From IMG/VR virus record IMGVR_UViG_3300033233_000033, positions 5,351 through 69,350 of that record: a DNA stretch of 64,000 nucleotides. The stretch is one strand, 5' to 3'. The notes under the pieces were generated by a model that was not told the DNA's origin, did not search any database, and was given only the letters and a program-made list of their open reading frames with translations. Positions 1 through 9,561 of this stretch are shown here, one piece after another (the first letter of the stretch is position 1; the number at the start of each line of letters is the position of its first letter). The translations under genes and the position numbers were made by a program. The DNA comes from a virus.

Positions 1-432
1 GTTTTTAAGTTCTAAAGTAGTCTTATTATCTTCTAAAAATTCAATTATTGCATCTCTTAAAGTTTCTAAATATTTCTTATATTGATTTATATTAGAAACA
101 CTTTTGACATCAGTATTATTGATTATTGCTTGTGTAAGAACCATAGAAGTAGTAGTTCCATCGCCAACATCGTCTACAGTTTTTCTTGAAACTTGTTTTA
201 AGATTTCTGCTGCCATGTTTTCAATAGGATCTATTAACCTAATATAGTTAGAAACTGATACGCCATCTTTAGTTATAACTGGGCCACCTTCCATATCAAA
301 TATGACATTTCTACCGTAAGGGCCTAAAGTAACTTTTACTGCGTTTACTATTTTATCTATACCTGATTTTAATTTTAATAATGCATCTTCATTATAGTAA
401 ATTAAATCTTGATATTTATTATTATCTAACAT
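1..432 (-). CDS. groEL: GroEL-like chaperonin, N-terminal part (runs off the window)
   Basis: Not in the ORF track. Manual translation from the ATG at 432 gives MLDNNKYQDLIYYNEDALLKLKSGIDKIVNAVKVTLGPYGRNV...PVITKDGVSV...DDVGDGTTTS, with the chaperonin TLGPxG, TKDGV and GDGTTT motifs. Confidence 0.95.
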   Translation of the reverse strand, partial: MLDNNKYQDLIYYNEDALLKLKSGIDKIVNAVKVTLGPYGRNVIFDMEGGPVITKDGVSVSNYIRLIDPIENMAAEILKQVSRKTVDDVGDGTTTSMVLTQAIINNTDVKSVSNINQYKKYLETLRDAIIEFLEDNKTTLELKN

Positions 433-986
433 TCTTCACCGTTTTTATTTATTGATAAATAATCCATATAGTTGGAATACAAAAAAGAAACTTGTTTACA
501 TTTTTTTAATGCTTCTATATAATCTAGGGAATCCCTTGGTATTTTAAAACTAGTTTCTCGTAAATCATCTATTTTATCCCAATAAGGCTTTGGGCACATT
601 GGAAAATATTTCATAAAGTGACCTGGAGAAATCTTGTATAAATACAGCATTTTATTTAAAAAGTCTAAAAATTCTTGTAAATCATTAAAGTTTCTTAATG
701 TAAACTCTTTAGTATTATTTATATATTTTAATTTATTTTGTTTGTACACTAAACACAAATAATTTGTGTGTATTTCCCGCGCGTAATCTACATTTTCTTC
801 ATCTAATTCTAAGAAATATCTACTATCTCTTAAAAACTTTATGATTGGATAAGGTAGTCTTTTATACACTTCTATGAACCTATCTTCAGACAAACTATAT
901 AATCTAGATAAAGAATCTAGAAAATCTAAGAATTTCGGGCTATCTCTAAAAAGGAACTCTTCTTCTTCGTTTCCGTTGGTTTGCAT
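426..986 (-). CDS. Hypothetical protein made of two internal repeats
   Basis: FLDFLDSLSRLYSLS...ENVDY is repeated as FLDFLNKMLYLYKIS...DSLDY. Confidence 0.6.
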   Translation of the reverse strand: MQTNGNEEEEFLFRDSPKFLDFLDSLSRLYSLSEDRFIEVYKRLPYPIIKFLRDSRYFLELDEENVDYAREIHTNYLCLVYKQNKLKYINNTKEFTLRNFNDLQEFLDFLNKMLYLYKISPGHFMKYFPMCPKPYWDKIDDLRETSFKIPRDSLDYIEALKKCKQVSFLYSNYMDYLSINKNGEEC

Positions 987-2080
987 ATATACCAGTTTTT
1001 AATTAAATTTAAACTCTCATCTAGCCCGTTGTTAGTCAAGTAATCTGACATATCTTTATCAATAACTTTCATTTTATTATTTACTAATATACGATTGGTA
1101 TCAACAAATTTAATATTAAATCCAAGCTTCTTACACTGATTTGCAAATCTAACTCCTGCTAAATCAAAATCTGATACACAAGTTATATCATCATAATTAG
1201 CTTTGATTAACTCTACAAACTCAGGTGATAAATTAATACTTTCAGCATGTGGAGCAACAATATCCACTTTAGTATCTAAATAAGTATTGAACAGCTTATA
1301 AAAAACCATTACATCTTTGTAAGATTTTGTAATAATTAATTTGCTTACACCTTCTTTTTTACCGCGTAATTGTTGAAATCCTTGATAGTATTGATAATCA
1401 TTACCTGGGCAAGTATTCCTAAATTTAAAACTTTTAGGGGCCTCTGGTTGATACAGTTTTTCTTTATCCCAAAATCTATATACAAATGCTAATTCAGTTT
1501 TCTTAAATTCTTTACGTATAGAATTGTCGTCCTTTAATAAGTATTGTATAGATTTTATTTTCCAAAATTCTAGATCAGATTTAGTTTGATGTAATTTTTC
1601 CCAATATAATAAATCTCTCCTAGTAAATGGTCTAGATTGATAATATAAATCTTTTACTTTTATTTCATAGTTATAAACTTTACGTTCTCTATGAGTCTTA
1701 ACATTGTTTTTAAACAAACCTAATTCTAGGTGCTCATCAATAAATTTTATGACTTCATATTGTGATTCAAGTTCAACACTATAATGGAAAAAAGCAAAAC
1801 ATTTAACAAATTTAAATATATTCCCAGATCGACCATCAGCTAAATCTTTAAACCAAATTTCTTCGGCTCTTAGCTTATAGCCAAATGATTTTAATCTAGT
1901 AGGAATATATATTGCAAATGAAGGGTGTTCATCGTAAGGCCGAATAGGAGAAGACATTACCTCTCCTATTTCGATATCACGACCTATTAAAGTAGAATAG
2001 ATTTCATAATCATCAGTGTATTGAAACAACTTATCTGTAAGATTACTTTTATTTTTTAAAAGTTCTCTTAAGAATGGCAT
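926..2080 (-). CDS. DNA primase (DnaG-like TOPRIM, crAss-like)
   Basis: N-terminal SPIR..DEHPSF...FKD..G.SGNIF zinc-finger-like region; ITKSYKDVM and DFDLAG TOPRIM motifs; KDMSD. Confidence 0.85.
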   Translation of the reverse strand: MPFLRELLKNKSNLTDKLFQYTDDYEIYSTLIGRDIEIGEVMSSPIRPYDEHPSFAIYIPTRLKSFGYKLRAEEIWFKDLADGRSGNIFKFVKCFAFFHYSVELESQYEVIKFIDEHLELGLFKNNVKTHRERKVYNYEIKVKDLYYQSRPFTRRDLLYWEKLHQTKSDLEFWKIKSIQYLLKDDNSIRKEFKKTELAFVYRFWDKEKLYQPEAPKSFKFRNTCPGNDYQYYQGFQQLRGKKEGVSKLIITKSYKDVMVFYKLFNTYLDTKVDIVAPHAESINLSPEFVELIKANYDDITCVSDFDLAGVRFANQCKKLGFNIKFVDTNRILVNNKMKVIDKDMSDYLTNNGLDESLNLIKNWYICKPTETKKKSSFLEIARNS

Positions 2081-2085
2081 TTATA

Positions 2086-2751
2086 TTATAATGATAATTT
2101 TTTAATTGGCGCTGCATCTGGAGCGTCTCCTTTAGTATCTGCTGTAGCAACAGGTTCTTCCATGGATTTTGCTCTGTTTTTAATCTCAGTAGGAGTCATT
2201 ACTAAATTACATGGATTTTCCATTAATTCAGCATAAGTAGCATATTTAGGTAATTGTAAATATTTACCCAATTTAGAGTCAGATACAACCTTTAATCTCA
2301 ATAATGGGCTTTCGATACCAAGTGTACCTTTAACTGCTTTTTCAAATTGTTCGTAAATTACATCATTAAAGAATTTACAACCTTTTCTACTTTTTAAATC
2401 TTTCTTGATTTCATCCATAGATTCGTAACCATCTGTAGGATCAATTACTGCATCTGGATTAAACAATTTTGCTAAAGAAGTTAACTGAGAAATTTGCTCA
2501 ATAAAGTTATTGAATATCAAATCATCTGATAATTCTGGGTTGAAGTTGAAGTAAGAAAATTCAGACACTGCAACAACTACACCTTTAGCGTCAAATTGTT
2601 GGAAAGTCATGTATGTATTTTTAGGTACAACTTCACCTTCTCTGATACGTTCTTCGTTGGTAATAGAAATCAATCTTACGTTGTCATTGATACCGAATTT
2701 TAATCCTGCTCTTACAGGTTTTTCTGCTAATAGTTTTCTTAAAAAAGCCAT
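2086..2751 (-). CDS. Replication-module protein (possible SSB), paralog of 3008..3694
   Basis: Aligns with 3008..3694 (FGINDN/FGVHEN, SYFN/SWFN, KVVSDSKLGKYLQLPKY/KVVFDSNGKYLQQPKY). Lies between primase and RecT. The SSB role is inferred from position only. Confidence 0.55.
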   Translation of the reverse strand: MAFLRKLLAEKPVRAGLKFGINDNVRLISITNEERIREGEVVPKNTYMTFQQFDAKGVVVAVSEFSYFNFNPELSDDLIFNNFIEQISQLTSLAKLFNPDAVIDPTDGYESMDEIKKDLKSRKGCKFFNDVIYEQFEKAVKGTLGIESPLLRLKVVSDSKLGKYLQLPKYATYAELMENPCNLVMTPTEIKNRAKSMEEPVATADTKGDAPDAAPIKKLSL

Positions 2752-2756
2752 AAATT

Positions 2757-3008
2757 TTAGTTTTTAATATTATTTTCAAATAAAGTTAATGTTGAAATAA
2801 CCCATATTCCTTCTGCTGGGCTAAACTTCACAACTGGTTGGTTCTTTGTAACATGCTCAAAGCCTGGAACTACAAAATAAGTACTGTTAGGTAAACCTTC
2901 TGGGTATTTATCTTGAACTAGTTTTAAATGTAGCTTTAAAAACTTTTCAATCTTACCTTTAGTCCATTTCCAATTGTGAATTTTTACTGTTTTTATCGCC
3001 TCTTCCAT
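2757..3008 (-). CDS. Hypothetical protein
   Basis: Tightly packed ORF within the operon. Confidence 0.6.
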   Translation of the reverse strand: MEEAIKTVKIHNWKWTKGKIEKFLKLHLKLVQDKYPEGLPNSTYFVVPGFEHVTKNQPVVKFSPAEGIWVISTLTLFENNIKN

Positions 3009-3694
3009 TAAAGTGTTAAGTTTTTAGCTGCAGGTTTTGCATTACTTACTGCAGGAGCTCCATTTTTTGCCTTATTAGCTTGGTCACTGTCTAGGATTTT
3101 CAAACGAGAATCTTCTAAAGAAATCTCCATACTTTCTACAAAACCATTATATTTTGGTTGTTGTAAGTATTTACCATTAGAATCAAAAACAACTTTAAAA
3201 CGAACTTGTTGGGAAGTTTTACCTACCAATGGTTTAAGTAGTTCCACATAAGTATCGCCTAAAGCTTTCATAATTTCTACACAAACTTTTTTAGTTTTAA
3301 TAGCTTTTTCTAAAGATTCTTTAGTAAATTCAATATCATTTTCTTTTAAGATAGCCTCAAAAGCTAAATCCCATACATCTTTTTCTTCGTCGCTAACTAC
3401 ATATAATGCATCAACAATAGCCGTCATTTGATCTAATTGGTTGAAAAAATTATCATAAGCATAATCTGTGCTAGAATCAATGTTAAACCAAGAAACTTCT
3501 CTTTCAGCAACAATTTCTCCAGCCTCATTTTTCTTACCAAACACTGTAAAGCAATTTCTTTTAATTACTTCATTGTCTTTATTTTTACGCACATCATTAG
3601 CAACACTAAGAATAACACAATTTTCGTGTACACCAAAACCAATCTCTGATTTTTTAGATTGACTTAACAAGTCATTTAATAAACTAACTTTCAT
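3008..3694 (-). CDS. Replication-module protein (possible SSB), paralog of 2086..2751
   Basis: Paralogy with 2086..2751; low-complexity C-terminal tail. Confidence 0.55.
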   Translation of the reverse strand: MKVSLLNDLLSQSKKSEIGFGVHENCVILSVANDVRKNKDNEVIKRNCFTVFGKKNEAGEIVAEREVSWFNIDSSTDYAYDNFFNQLDQMTAIVDALYVVSDEEKDVWDLAFEAILKENDIEFTKESLEKAIKTKKVCVEIMKALGDTYVELLKPLVGKTSQQVRFKVVFDSNGKYLQQPKYNGFVESMEISLEDSRLKILDSDQANKAKNGAPAVSNAKPAAKNLTL

Positions 3695-3728
3695 TTTGTT
3701 TTTTATTTATAAATTATTATTTAAAATT

Positions 3729-4367
3729 TTAATCTTCTTGAACTTCTTCTGCATCTTGTATAATAGAAACATCTCCATCTTCTGTAAGAGTTACTTTTAC
3801 ATTTTCTGATAAGGCATCAACAATTTCGGTATCTGTATAAAGACCCATAAGGATTTCTGGAAAGTAAGCTCTTACCCCGTATGCCATACATCTAGCACGC
3901 ATCATTTCTTTAGGATACTTTTTCCAGTTTTCTTTTGTAGTATATCCTGCTACTTCCATCTGAGTCCAAGACACATTGAATTTAACAGTTTTAGGCCTTT
4001 TAGTGACCCTAGATATATACTCAAATTCTATTTCAGTGATTATTCGCTCATCATCTGAACCGACTACAGACTCAGTTACCCAATCTTTAGACCAATTCCA
4101 TTCAATATCTCGAGCTTTTAATAAAGCACCTAACATTGTTGAAGAAATTACTGTTCTACCTTTAATAATATTGATATTATTAATAGATACTAATGGAGGT
4201 AAACCTAATTCTTTACCCATTTGTACAACAGTCATTAATTTTTCTGGTGTGTCAAAAGATGAAGGTATTGCTCCGGATTCTAATAGAATAGCATACTCTT
4301 CCCGCGTCTTAAAATTCGCGATCATTGAATTATCCACTGTGGATAACTCTTTACTTTCATTATTCAT
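3729..4367 (-). CDS. RecT/Bet-like ssDNA-annealing protein
   Basis: GKELGLPPLVSINNINIIKG and NWKKYPKEMMRARC...R..FPE...GLY..TE are RecT-family signatures. Confidence 0.85.
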   Translation of the reverse strand: MNNESKELSTVDNSMIANFKTREEYAILLESGAIPSSFDTPEKLMTVVQMGKELGLPPLVSINNINIIKGRTVISSTMLGALLKARDIEWNWSKDWVTESVVGSDDERIITEIEFEYISRVTKRPKTVKFNVSWTQMEVAGYTTKENWKKYPKEMMRARCMAYGVRAYFPEILMGLYTDTEIVDALSENVKVTLTEDGDVSIIQDAEEVQED

Positions 4368-4387
4368 ATTATTCTTATTTATGATTA

Positions 4388-4395
4388 CAAAGGTA
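4388..4395 (-). promoter_or_regulatory. Bacteroidota-type -7 promoter box (TAnnTTTG)
   Basis: Minus-strand TACCTTTG about 20 bp upstream of the RecT start, in an intergenic gap. Confidence 0.55.
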
Positions 4396-4414
4396 ATAAA
4401 AAATTTTGTATCTT

Positions 4415-5473
4415 TTAATGTAGTTGTCTCAGAATTTCTAATTTTTCTTCAAATTTATCTTTTTCAGTTGGATGAGGGGCTTCCGCAAAATATCCGCACT
4501 CACCTACAAAAAATAAACCTAAAGTTTGATTTTCTAAACCTTCTTGATTTGACACTACAGTTAAAGTTCTAAATCTATTCTTACCATTAATAAACAAAGA
4601 TTCTACTGGATATCCATTATATTTAAGATTATTTTCATTAAAAGGATTGTATAAAACAATGCCTAAATCTGCAATATTATTAAATACGCCTAAATCTTTG
4701 TAAGTTGGTTCACTGTCCTTATAACTACGTGTATAAGTGTTTCTAGTAGGTACATTAACAACGTTTATTAAGTTATATTTATTTTTAAGTAAATCTAAAT
4801 ACTCACAAAATTTTGACTTTAATAAATCAGGGGTTAATAAACCAAATCCATCATGCTCAGTCATTAAATACTCAACATTGTCAATAATTACAAAAGTATA
4901 TTGACCTGCGTGTTTATCATCTAGTTTAAAAGTATGATCGTATTCATTTTCATGACCAATAGTTTTCATATAACCCTCAACAGTATCATATATATCACTG
5001 GGAGTTCTTCTACCATTATACAATAAAAGATGGTTATCTTCTAAGTCATTAAAAAATTCACATGCAGACAATACTTGAGCTTCTGTTTCTTCATCTAAAT
5101 CATATAATTTACCTATACCATTGTTCAATGTTGGTATATCAATTAGTACGTTATATTCTAATTTTAAATAAAGACAAAGCCATTTTTGTAATTTAACTCT
5201 AACATTACGACGCATATTAAAGTACAAAAATTTTAATTTAGGTCTTTCTTCTTCTGGTAAACTAGTCCACCATTTAAATACATTGATAAAGTAGTTATAA
5301 TCGATAAAACTAGATTTACCTGAATTTGGCCTACCGCCAATAATGATATTTTTCTGGGGTTCTATAAAGTTTGTAACTTTGCTTAGTTTAGCCAAAGGTA
5401 TTGGTATACCTGAAAACCCTTTATTTTTATTAATGTTAAGGGGCTTAACAACACATTCTTTAAATAAACTCAT
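4415..5473 (-). CDS. DnaB-like (SF4) replicative helicase
   Basis: GIPIPL..L, Walker A GGRPNSGKS, Walker B VIIDN, ADL.IVL.NP; replication context. Confidence 0.75.
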   Translation of the reverse strand: MSLFKECVVKPLNINKNKGFSGIPIPLAKLSKVTNFIEPQKNIIIGGRPNSGKSSFIDYNYFINVFKWWTSLPEEERPKLKFLYFNMRRNVRVKLQKWLCLYLKLEYNVLIDIPTLNNGIGKLYDLDEETEAQVLSACEFFNDLEDNHLLLYNGRRTPSDIYDTVEGYMKTIGHENEYDHTFKLDDKHAGQYTFVIIDNVEYLMTEHDGFGLLTPDLLKSKFCEYLDLLKNKYNLINVVNVPTRNTYTRSYKDSEPTYKDLGVFNNIADLGIVLYNPFNENNLKYNGYPVESLFINGKNRFRTLTVVSNQEGLENQTLGLFFVGECGYFAEAPHPTEKDKFEEKLEILRQLH

Positions 5474-6210
5474 AGTACATTTGTATTTGTTTTGTGTCTT
5501 GATTCTTTTGGTAAAGATATAGTATTTTTAGGCGAATAATCATTAAGTTTATCTGCAGCTACATTATACCAATAATCATATTCTTTAAAATAATTTTCTA
5601 AAGATTTAATAAAGAACTTGTTATTATTCTCGTTTCTAGATGAAGTTATAAAGATATAAGTACCTAATAAAAATAAACCTATATCTTTTGATTTCCATAT
5701 TTTTTGGAACTTTTTAATAGACCCAGCACTTATCCTCCTTAACGTTATATTATCCCAATCAGTTTCAAAATGTTCATTCCAAATTTTATTTTTGGATTTG
5801 TCTGCTGTAGGAAATAACTCTAGAAATATAAATAAAAATGGTATTTGTATAGGATTTTTTGTATAAACACTTAATCTTTTATACTCTTTATCATCAAGAT
5901 TTTTTAAGAATGTTTTAGCAAGATCTTTAACAATGTCACCAGAAGCTAAAGACAATTTAGGGTACAAGTTATTATGTATAACTTCTTGTTCTTCTTTGTC
6001 ACTTAAAATAATGTCTAGTAAGTTATGGCCAATAGTAGTCAATTGATTATTATTTACTAAGTCTAATTCTATTAACTTTAATAAATCAACATTTGCTATT
6101 AATACATTTTCATTTAAACCAAATTTTAAATTAAGCAAATATAAAGATTGTGCATAATTTATATCAATAGACTTTGATAATTTAATTATTTTAGTGACTG
6201 CATATTCCAT
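5470..6210 (-). CDS. Hypothetical replication protein (between PolA and helicase)
   Basis: ATGA-coupled to the helicase; no clear motif. Confidence 0.5.
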   Translation of the reverse strand: MEYAVTKIIKLSKSIDINYAQSLYLLNLKFGLNENVLIANVDLLKLIELDLVNNNQLTTIGHNLLDIILSDKEEQEVIHNNLYPKLSLASGDIVKDLAKTFLKNLDDKEYKRLSVYTKNPIQIPFLFIFLELFPTADKSKNKIWNEHFETDWDNITLRRISAGSIKKFQKIWKSKDIGLFLLGTYIFITSSRNENNNKFFIKSLENYFKEYDYWYNVAADKLNDYSPKNTISLPKESRHKTNTNVL

Positions 6211-6211
6211 A

Positions 6212-8704
6212 TTATTTCTCCCATACGTTTGTTATTTCCCCTTCAGCTTTCAATAATTCATTTCCTAAAATAAACTTTGCGGCATCTTCCATTTTATCCA
6301 CTACAATCTTTAAACCTTCTTCAGCAAAATCTTTTCTACATAAGTATCTGATTTCATCATGAAGAGGTAATGCAAATTTTAGTTTATTGCTTAATTCATT
6401 GTCCTCTATATATTTTTTAATTAAACATATAGCATACTTTGTCATATTGGCACTAGAACCTTGTATAGGGAAATTTTGAGCCGCTCTTTTTATAGAGTTT
6501 GCTTCTGAATTATCTCTTGGCTTACTAAAGAATCTTATTCTTTTAATTGGATCTGGAGTTTTAATATACCTATCTTGTACTGCTTGTTCCGCACATTGCG
6601 TTAAATAAGAATAAATATTTGGAAAAGTACCATAAAACCTGTCAATAAGATCATCTGCAGTAGTAATATCAGATAAAAATCTTTTTTGCTTATGCTCTTG
6701 CTTTAAAAAGTCATGCATAGACGTATTAGATGCTCTACCTTTATAATATGTCCTACAATAAAGATCATAACCTTCATGATTTTGTTCTAAATAAACTTCT
6801 ACTTCTTCCGGGTATTTATCAATTAAATCTTTTGTTGTAGCAGGAATATTTAAACTTTCACCTAAACCTACAGCAGATTTACCGTAAAATAAACCAAAAC
6901 TTGTTGTCTTAGAACTGTTTCTAAGTTTCTGTAAAGTCTTATCTTCCGGTTTACCTTTAGGTTTAGGCTCTCCACCTAGTTTTTTCCATTCATCAGGGAA
7001 CATTAATGAAGCACAAGTACTATGAAAATCACAACCTTCAGCAATTGCATCCATTAAAGATGTTTCATTACAAAATGTGGCAGCTACAACAGCTTCTTGA
7101 GAAGCATAATCCGCTCCCACTACTAACCATTCATGTCCATCATCTCTAGTTCCTGTTTCAGGATTATTGGGTTTAAAAGGATTTCTATACACTGCTTGTC
7201 CTGGTAATAATTGTAATTTATCCATACTACTACGACCTGTGTTAAGAATTTGTTTAAAACCAGATATTCTAAACATACCGTCTGGATTAATAGCATTTAA
7301 GAAATTTTGGCCATAAGAAGTTGCCATCTTTGATGCTTTGTTATATTCTTTCAATTTATAAGCCAAAGGATGGTCAATTTTGGAAATAACTTCTTTGTTG
7401 GTACTTTCTATATCTGGCTTAATACACATAAACAAATGTAATTTTTGTATAGGTGAATTTAAATTAATTAAAACTGTACCTGCAGGCGTAAATACTTCTA
7501 ATTCTTGTAAAAGATCTTTATAATTAGCAATAAAATAAGATTCTACTGATTCAAAATTTTTAGATAAAATATTTTTTAATACATTTAATTCATCAAATCT
7601 TTCAAAAGTTTCATCTTGTAGCCTTATCTTAATATAATCATGGTAATCTTTTACTTTAGCATGTTCACTAATTTCTGGAAATAATGTTCTAATAATAGTC
7701 TTTTTTAATTTTGGAGACGACCATTTAAAATCGTATTTATTTTCCAATTGTACAAAATGACTAACCATTTGATAATGTATTAAATCAACATCACTTTTAC
7801 TTCCTTCATATTGTTCTCCAGCGGCTAAAATAAAATCTGGTAAGTGTTCTTTTAATAAATTGTGAAAATCCTCTTTGGTACGTTCTACTTCACTTTGCTG
7901 AAAATGCATAGTTTTAGACCATTCTTCAGAATTTAAATAAAGGTTTTCACACATACCATCTCCATAAGATCTGATAAGGGCACACTCTAAATCAACAGCG
8001 TTATTTAGTTTTAGTTTAGTTATTTCAAGCATCATTTTTTCATAGATACTACCTAACACTGTAACATCTATAGCAGCGTATTTAATTTGCTCAACAGTTA
8101 ATGGAGAACCATTAAAACTTGTTTGTTCGGCTTTGGATAAGTCTTGATTTGAATATCTTTCAACACAACCAACTAAACTATGATAACCTTTAGGTAAATC
8201 TTCTCCTACTTCTAAACCAGTATTTAGTATTTGTGATATAAGAAAAGTATCTCTAATCTTGTCAATGTCAACATTAAAACACCATTTAATAGTAGTATAA
8301 TCAAATAAACCATTGTGTATAAGTTTTTCTCTTTTAGAAGAGAACACTGTATGTAATGCGTTTAACATATCTACACTGGCATTTGGTATATCAAATAACC
8401 ATTGATGTTCTCCTTCTAAATCACCTATTTGAACTACATAACATTCTCTTTTTTGAGGAATACGTTGTTCATTTTCATCTAATTCTTCATGAAAATCTTT
8501 GTTAATACCTTTTAAAAAACCTTTCCAACCATACACACCTACAACAATATTTGTCTCAGTATCTAATTGTATAGGGCCTCTATAAGTATTCCACCAATAA
8601 TTAAAGTTTTTTAAATTATCTTCAATGCTAACATGGAATGTTGCATTATTACTTATATTATTGATATCATATTGATCAATTCTATTAGTTATTAGCGTAA
8701 CCAT
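6212..8704 (-). CDS. polA: DNA polymerase, family A, with 3'-5' exonuclease
   Basis: Exo motifs LDTET, HNGLFD, YAAID; motif A ADYASQE; motif B KTTSFGLFYG; NFPIQGSSA; motif C HDE. The start is more likely the ATG at 8704 than 8764. Confidence 0.95.
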   Translation of the reverse strand: MVTLITNRIDQYDINNISNNATFHVSIEDNLKNFNYWWNTYRGPIQLDTETNIVVGVYGWKGFLKGINKDFHEELDENEQRIPQKRECYVVQIGDLEGEHQWLFDIPNASVDMLNALHTVFSSKREKLIHNGLFDYTTIKWCFNVDIDKIRDTFLISQILNTGLEVGEDLPKGYHSLVGCVERYSNQDLSKAEQTSFNGSPLTVEQIKYAAIDVTVLGSIYEKMMLEITKLKLNNAVDLECALIRSYGDGMCENLYLNSEEWSKTMHFQQSEVERTKEDFHNLLKEHLPDFILAAGEQYEGSKSDVDLIHYQMVSHFVQLENKYDFKWSSPKLKKTIIRTLFPEISEHAKVKDYHDYIKIRLQDETFERFDELNVLKNILSKNFESVESYFIANYKDLLQELEVFTPAGTVLINLNSPIQKLHLFMCIKPDIESTNKEVISKIDHPLAYKLKEYNKASKMATSYGQNFLNAINPDGMFRISGFKQILNTGRSSMDKLQLLPGQAVYRNPFKPNNPETGTRDDGHEWLVVGADYASQEAVVAATFCNETSLMDAIAEGCDFHSTCASLMFPDEWKKLGGEPKPKGKPEDKTLQKLRNSSKTTSFGLFYGKSAVGLGESLNIPATTKDLIDKYPEEVEVYLEQNHEGYDLYCRTYYKGRASNTSMHDFLKQEHKQKRFLSDITTADDLIDRFYGTFPNIYSYLTQCAEQAVQDRYIKTPDPIKRIRFFSKPRDNSEANSIKRAAQNFPIQGSSANMTKYAICLIKKYIEDNELSNKLKFALPLHDEIRYLCRKDFAEEGLKIVVDKMEDAAKFILGNELLKAEGEITNVWEK

Positions 8705-9110
8705 TTTCTTTATGTTTTGAGTAAAAATAATTTGATACTTCCCATTCACGGCTAGCTTTATCAAAGTCTAGAAAAGTTAAATTTGGTTTACTTGTAACTA
8801 AATAACCTTTTTCTGAATACTTTTTAATTATACTTACATCTTTATCTGATAAAGAATGTTCTTTTGGTACAATTAATTGATTTTCTGGCACATAATAATA
8901 ACCCATCAAAAAACAAAATAACTTGTTATCTTCTTCTTTATTTTTATTCTTAACCATTGTCACACCATAATAATTAGAGTTTAATTTTTTATGTAAACCC
9001 TGATCTAATATGGTAACTTTAAAAGGAGATATAAACGGAAAAACTCTTCCTTTCGAAATTGTTTGATAAAGGTTATTTATTTCTTCTTTCTTTACTTCAT
9101 AATTAATCAT
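8685..9110 (-). CDS. Hypothetical protein
   Basis: Packed ORF in the operon. Confidence 0.6.
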   Translation of the reverse strand: MINYEVKKEEINNLYQTISKGRVFPFISPFKVTILDQGLHKKLNSNYYGVTMVKNKNKEEDNKLFCFLMGYYYVPENQLIVPKEHSLSDKDVSIIKKYSEKGYLVTSKPNLTFLDFDKASREWEVSNYFYSKHKENGYANN

Positions 9111-9561
9111 TTTCTAATTTTAATATATCGTTTAATAATTTTCTACTTTTGCAAACATCTTGCAGCTGTAGAATGTTTAATTCCTTCCTCGGAACTAATG
9201 TCATTGAAATACATCTCATCTCATCTTCTAAAAAATTAAAAGTAGCAATAACTTCTTCATTTTTTATTGGCAAGTCCAACTCTGATATTATTTGATTTTC
9301 CCAGATAACACCTGTAAATAAATAAGGTCTAATATACTTAAATGGTATTTGCTCATTGTTACCAAACAAATCTAAACACTTTTGAATATCATCTTTATAG
9401 ATTACTTTTAAAGAAACTAAATATCTTGGGTGATCATCTTCTGTATATAAATGATTACTGTTTATATTATTGTTTACTTTAACAAAATAGGTTCCGGGTT
9501 CGTCAACTACATGAAATGTTTTTAATGATTCTTTATTGAATAAATAGTCATTAATTGTCAT
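9103..9561 (-). CDS. Hypothetical protein
   Basis: Packed ORF, ATGA-coupled to the upstream gene. Confidence 0.6.
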   Translation of the reverse strand: MTINDYLFNKESLKTFHVVDEPGTYFVKVNNNINSNHLYTEDDHPRYLVSLKVIYKDDIQKCLDLFGNNEQIPFKYIRPYLFTGVIWENQIISELDLPIKNEEVIATFNFLEDEMRCISMTLVPRKELNILQLQDVCKSRKLLNDILKLEND

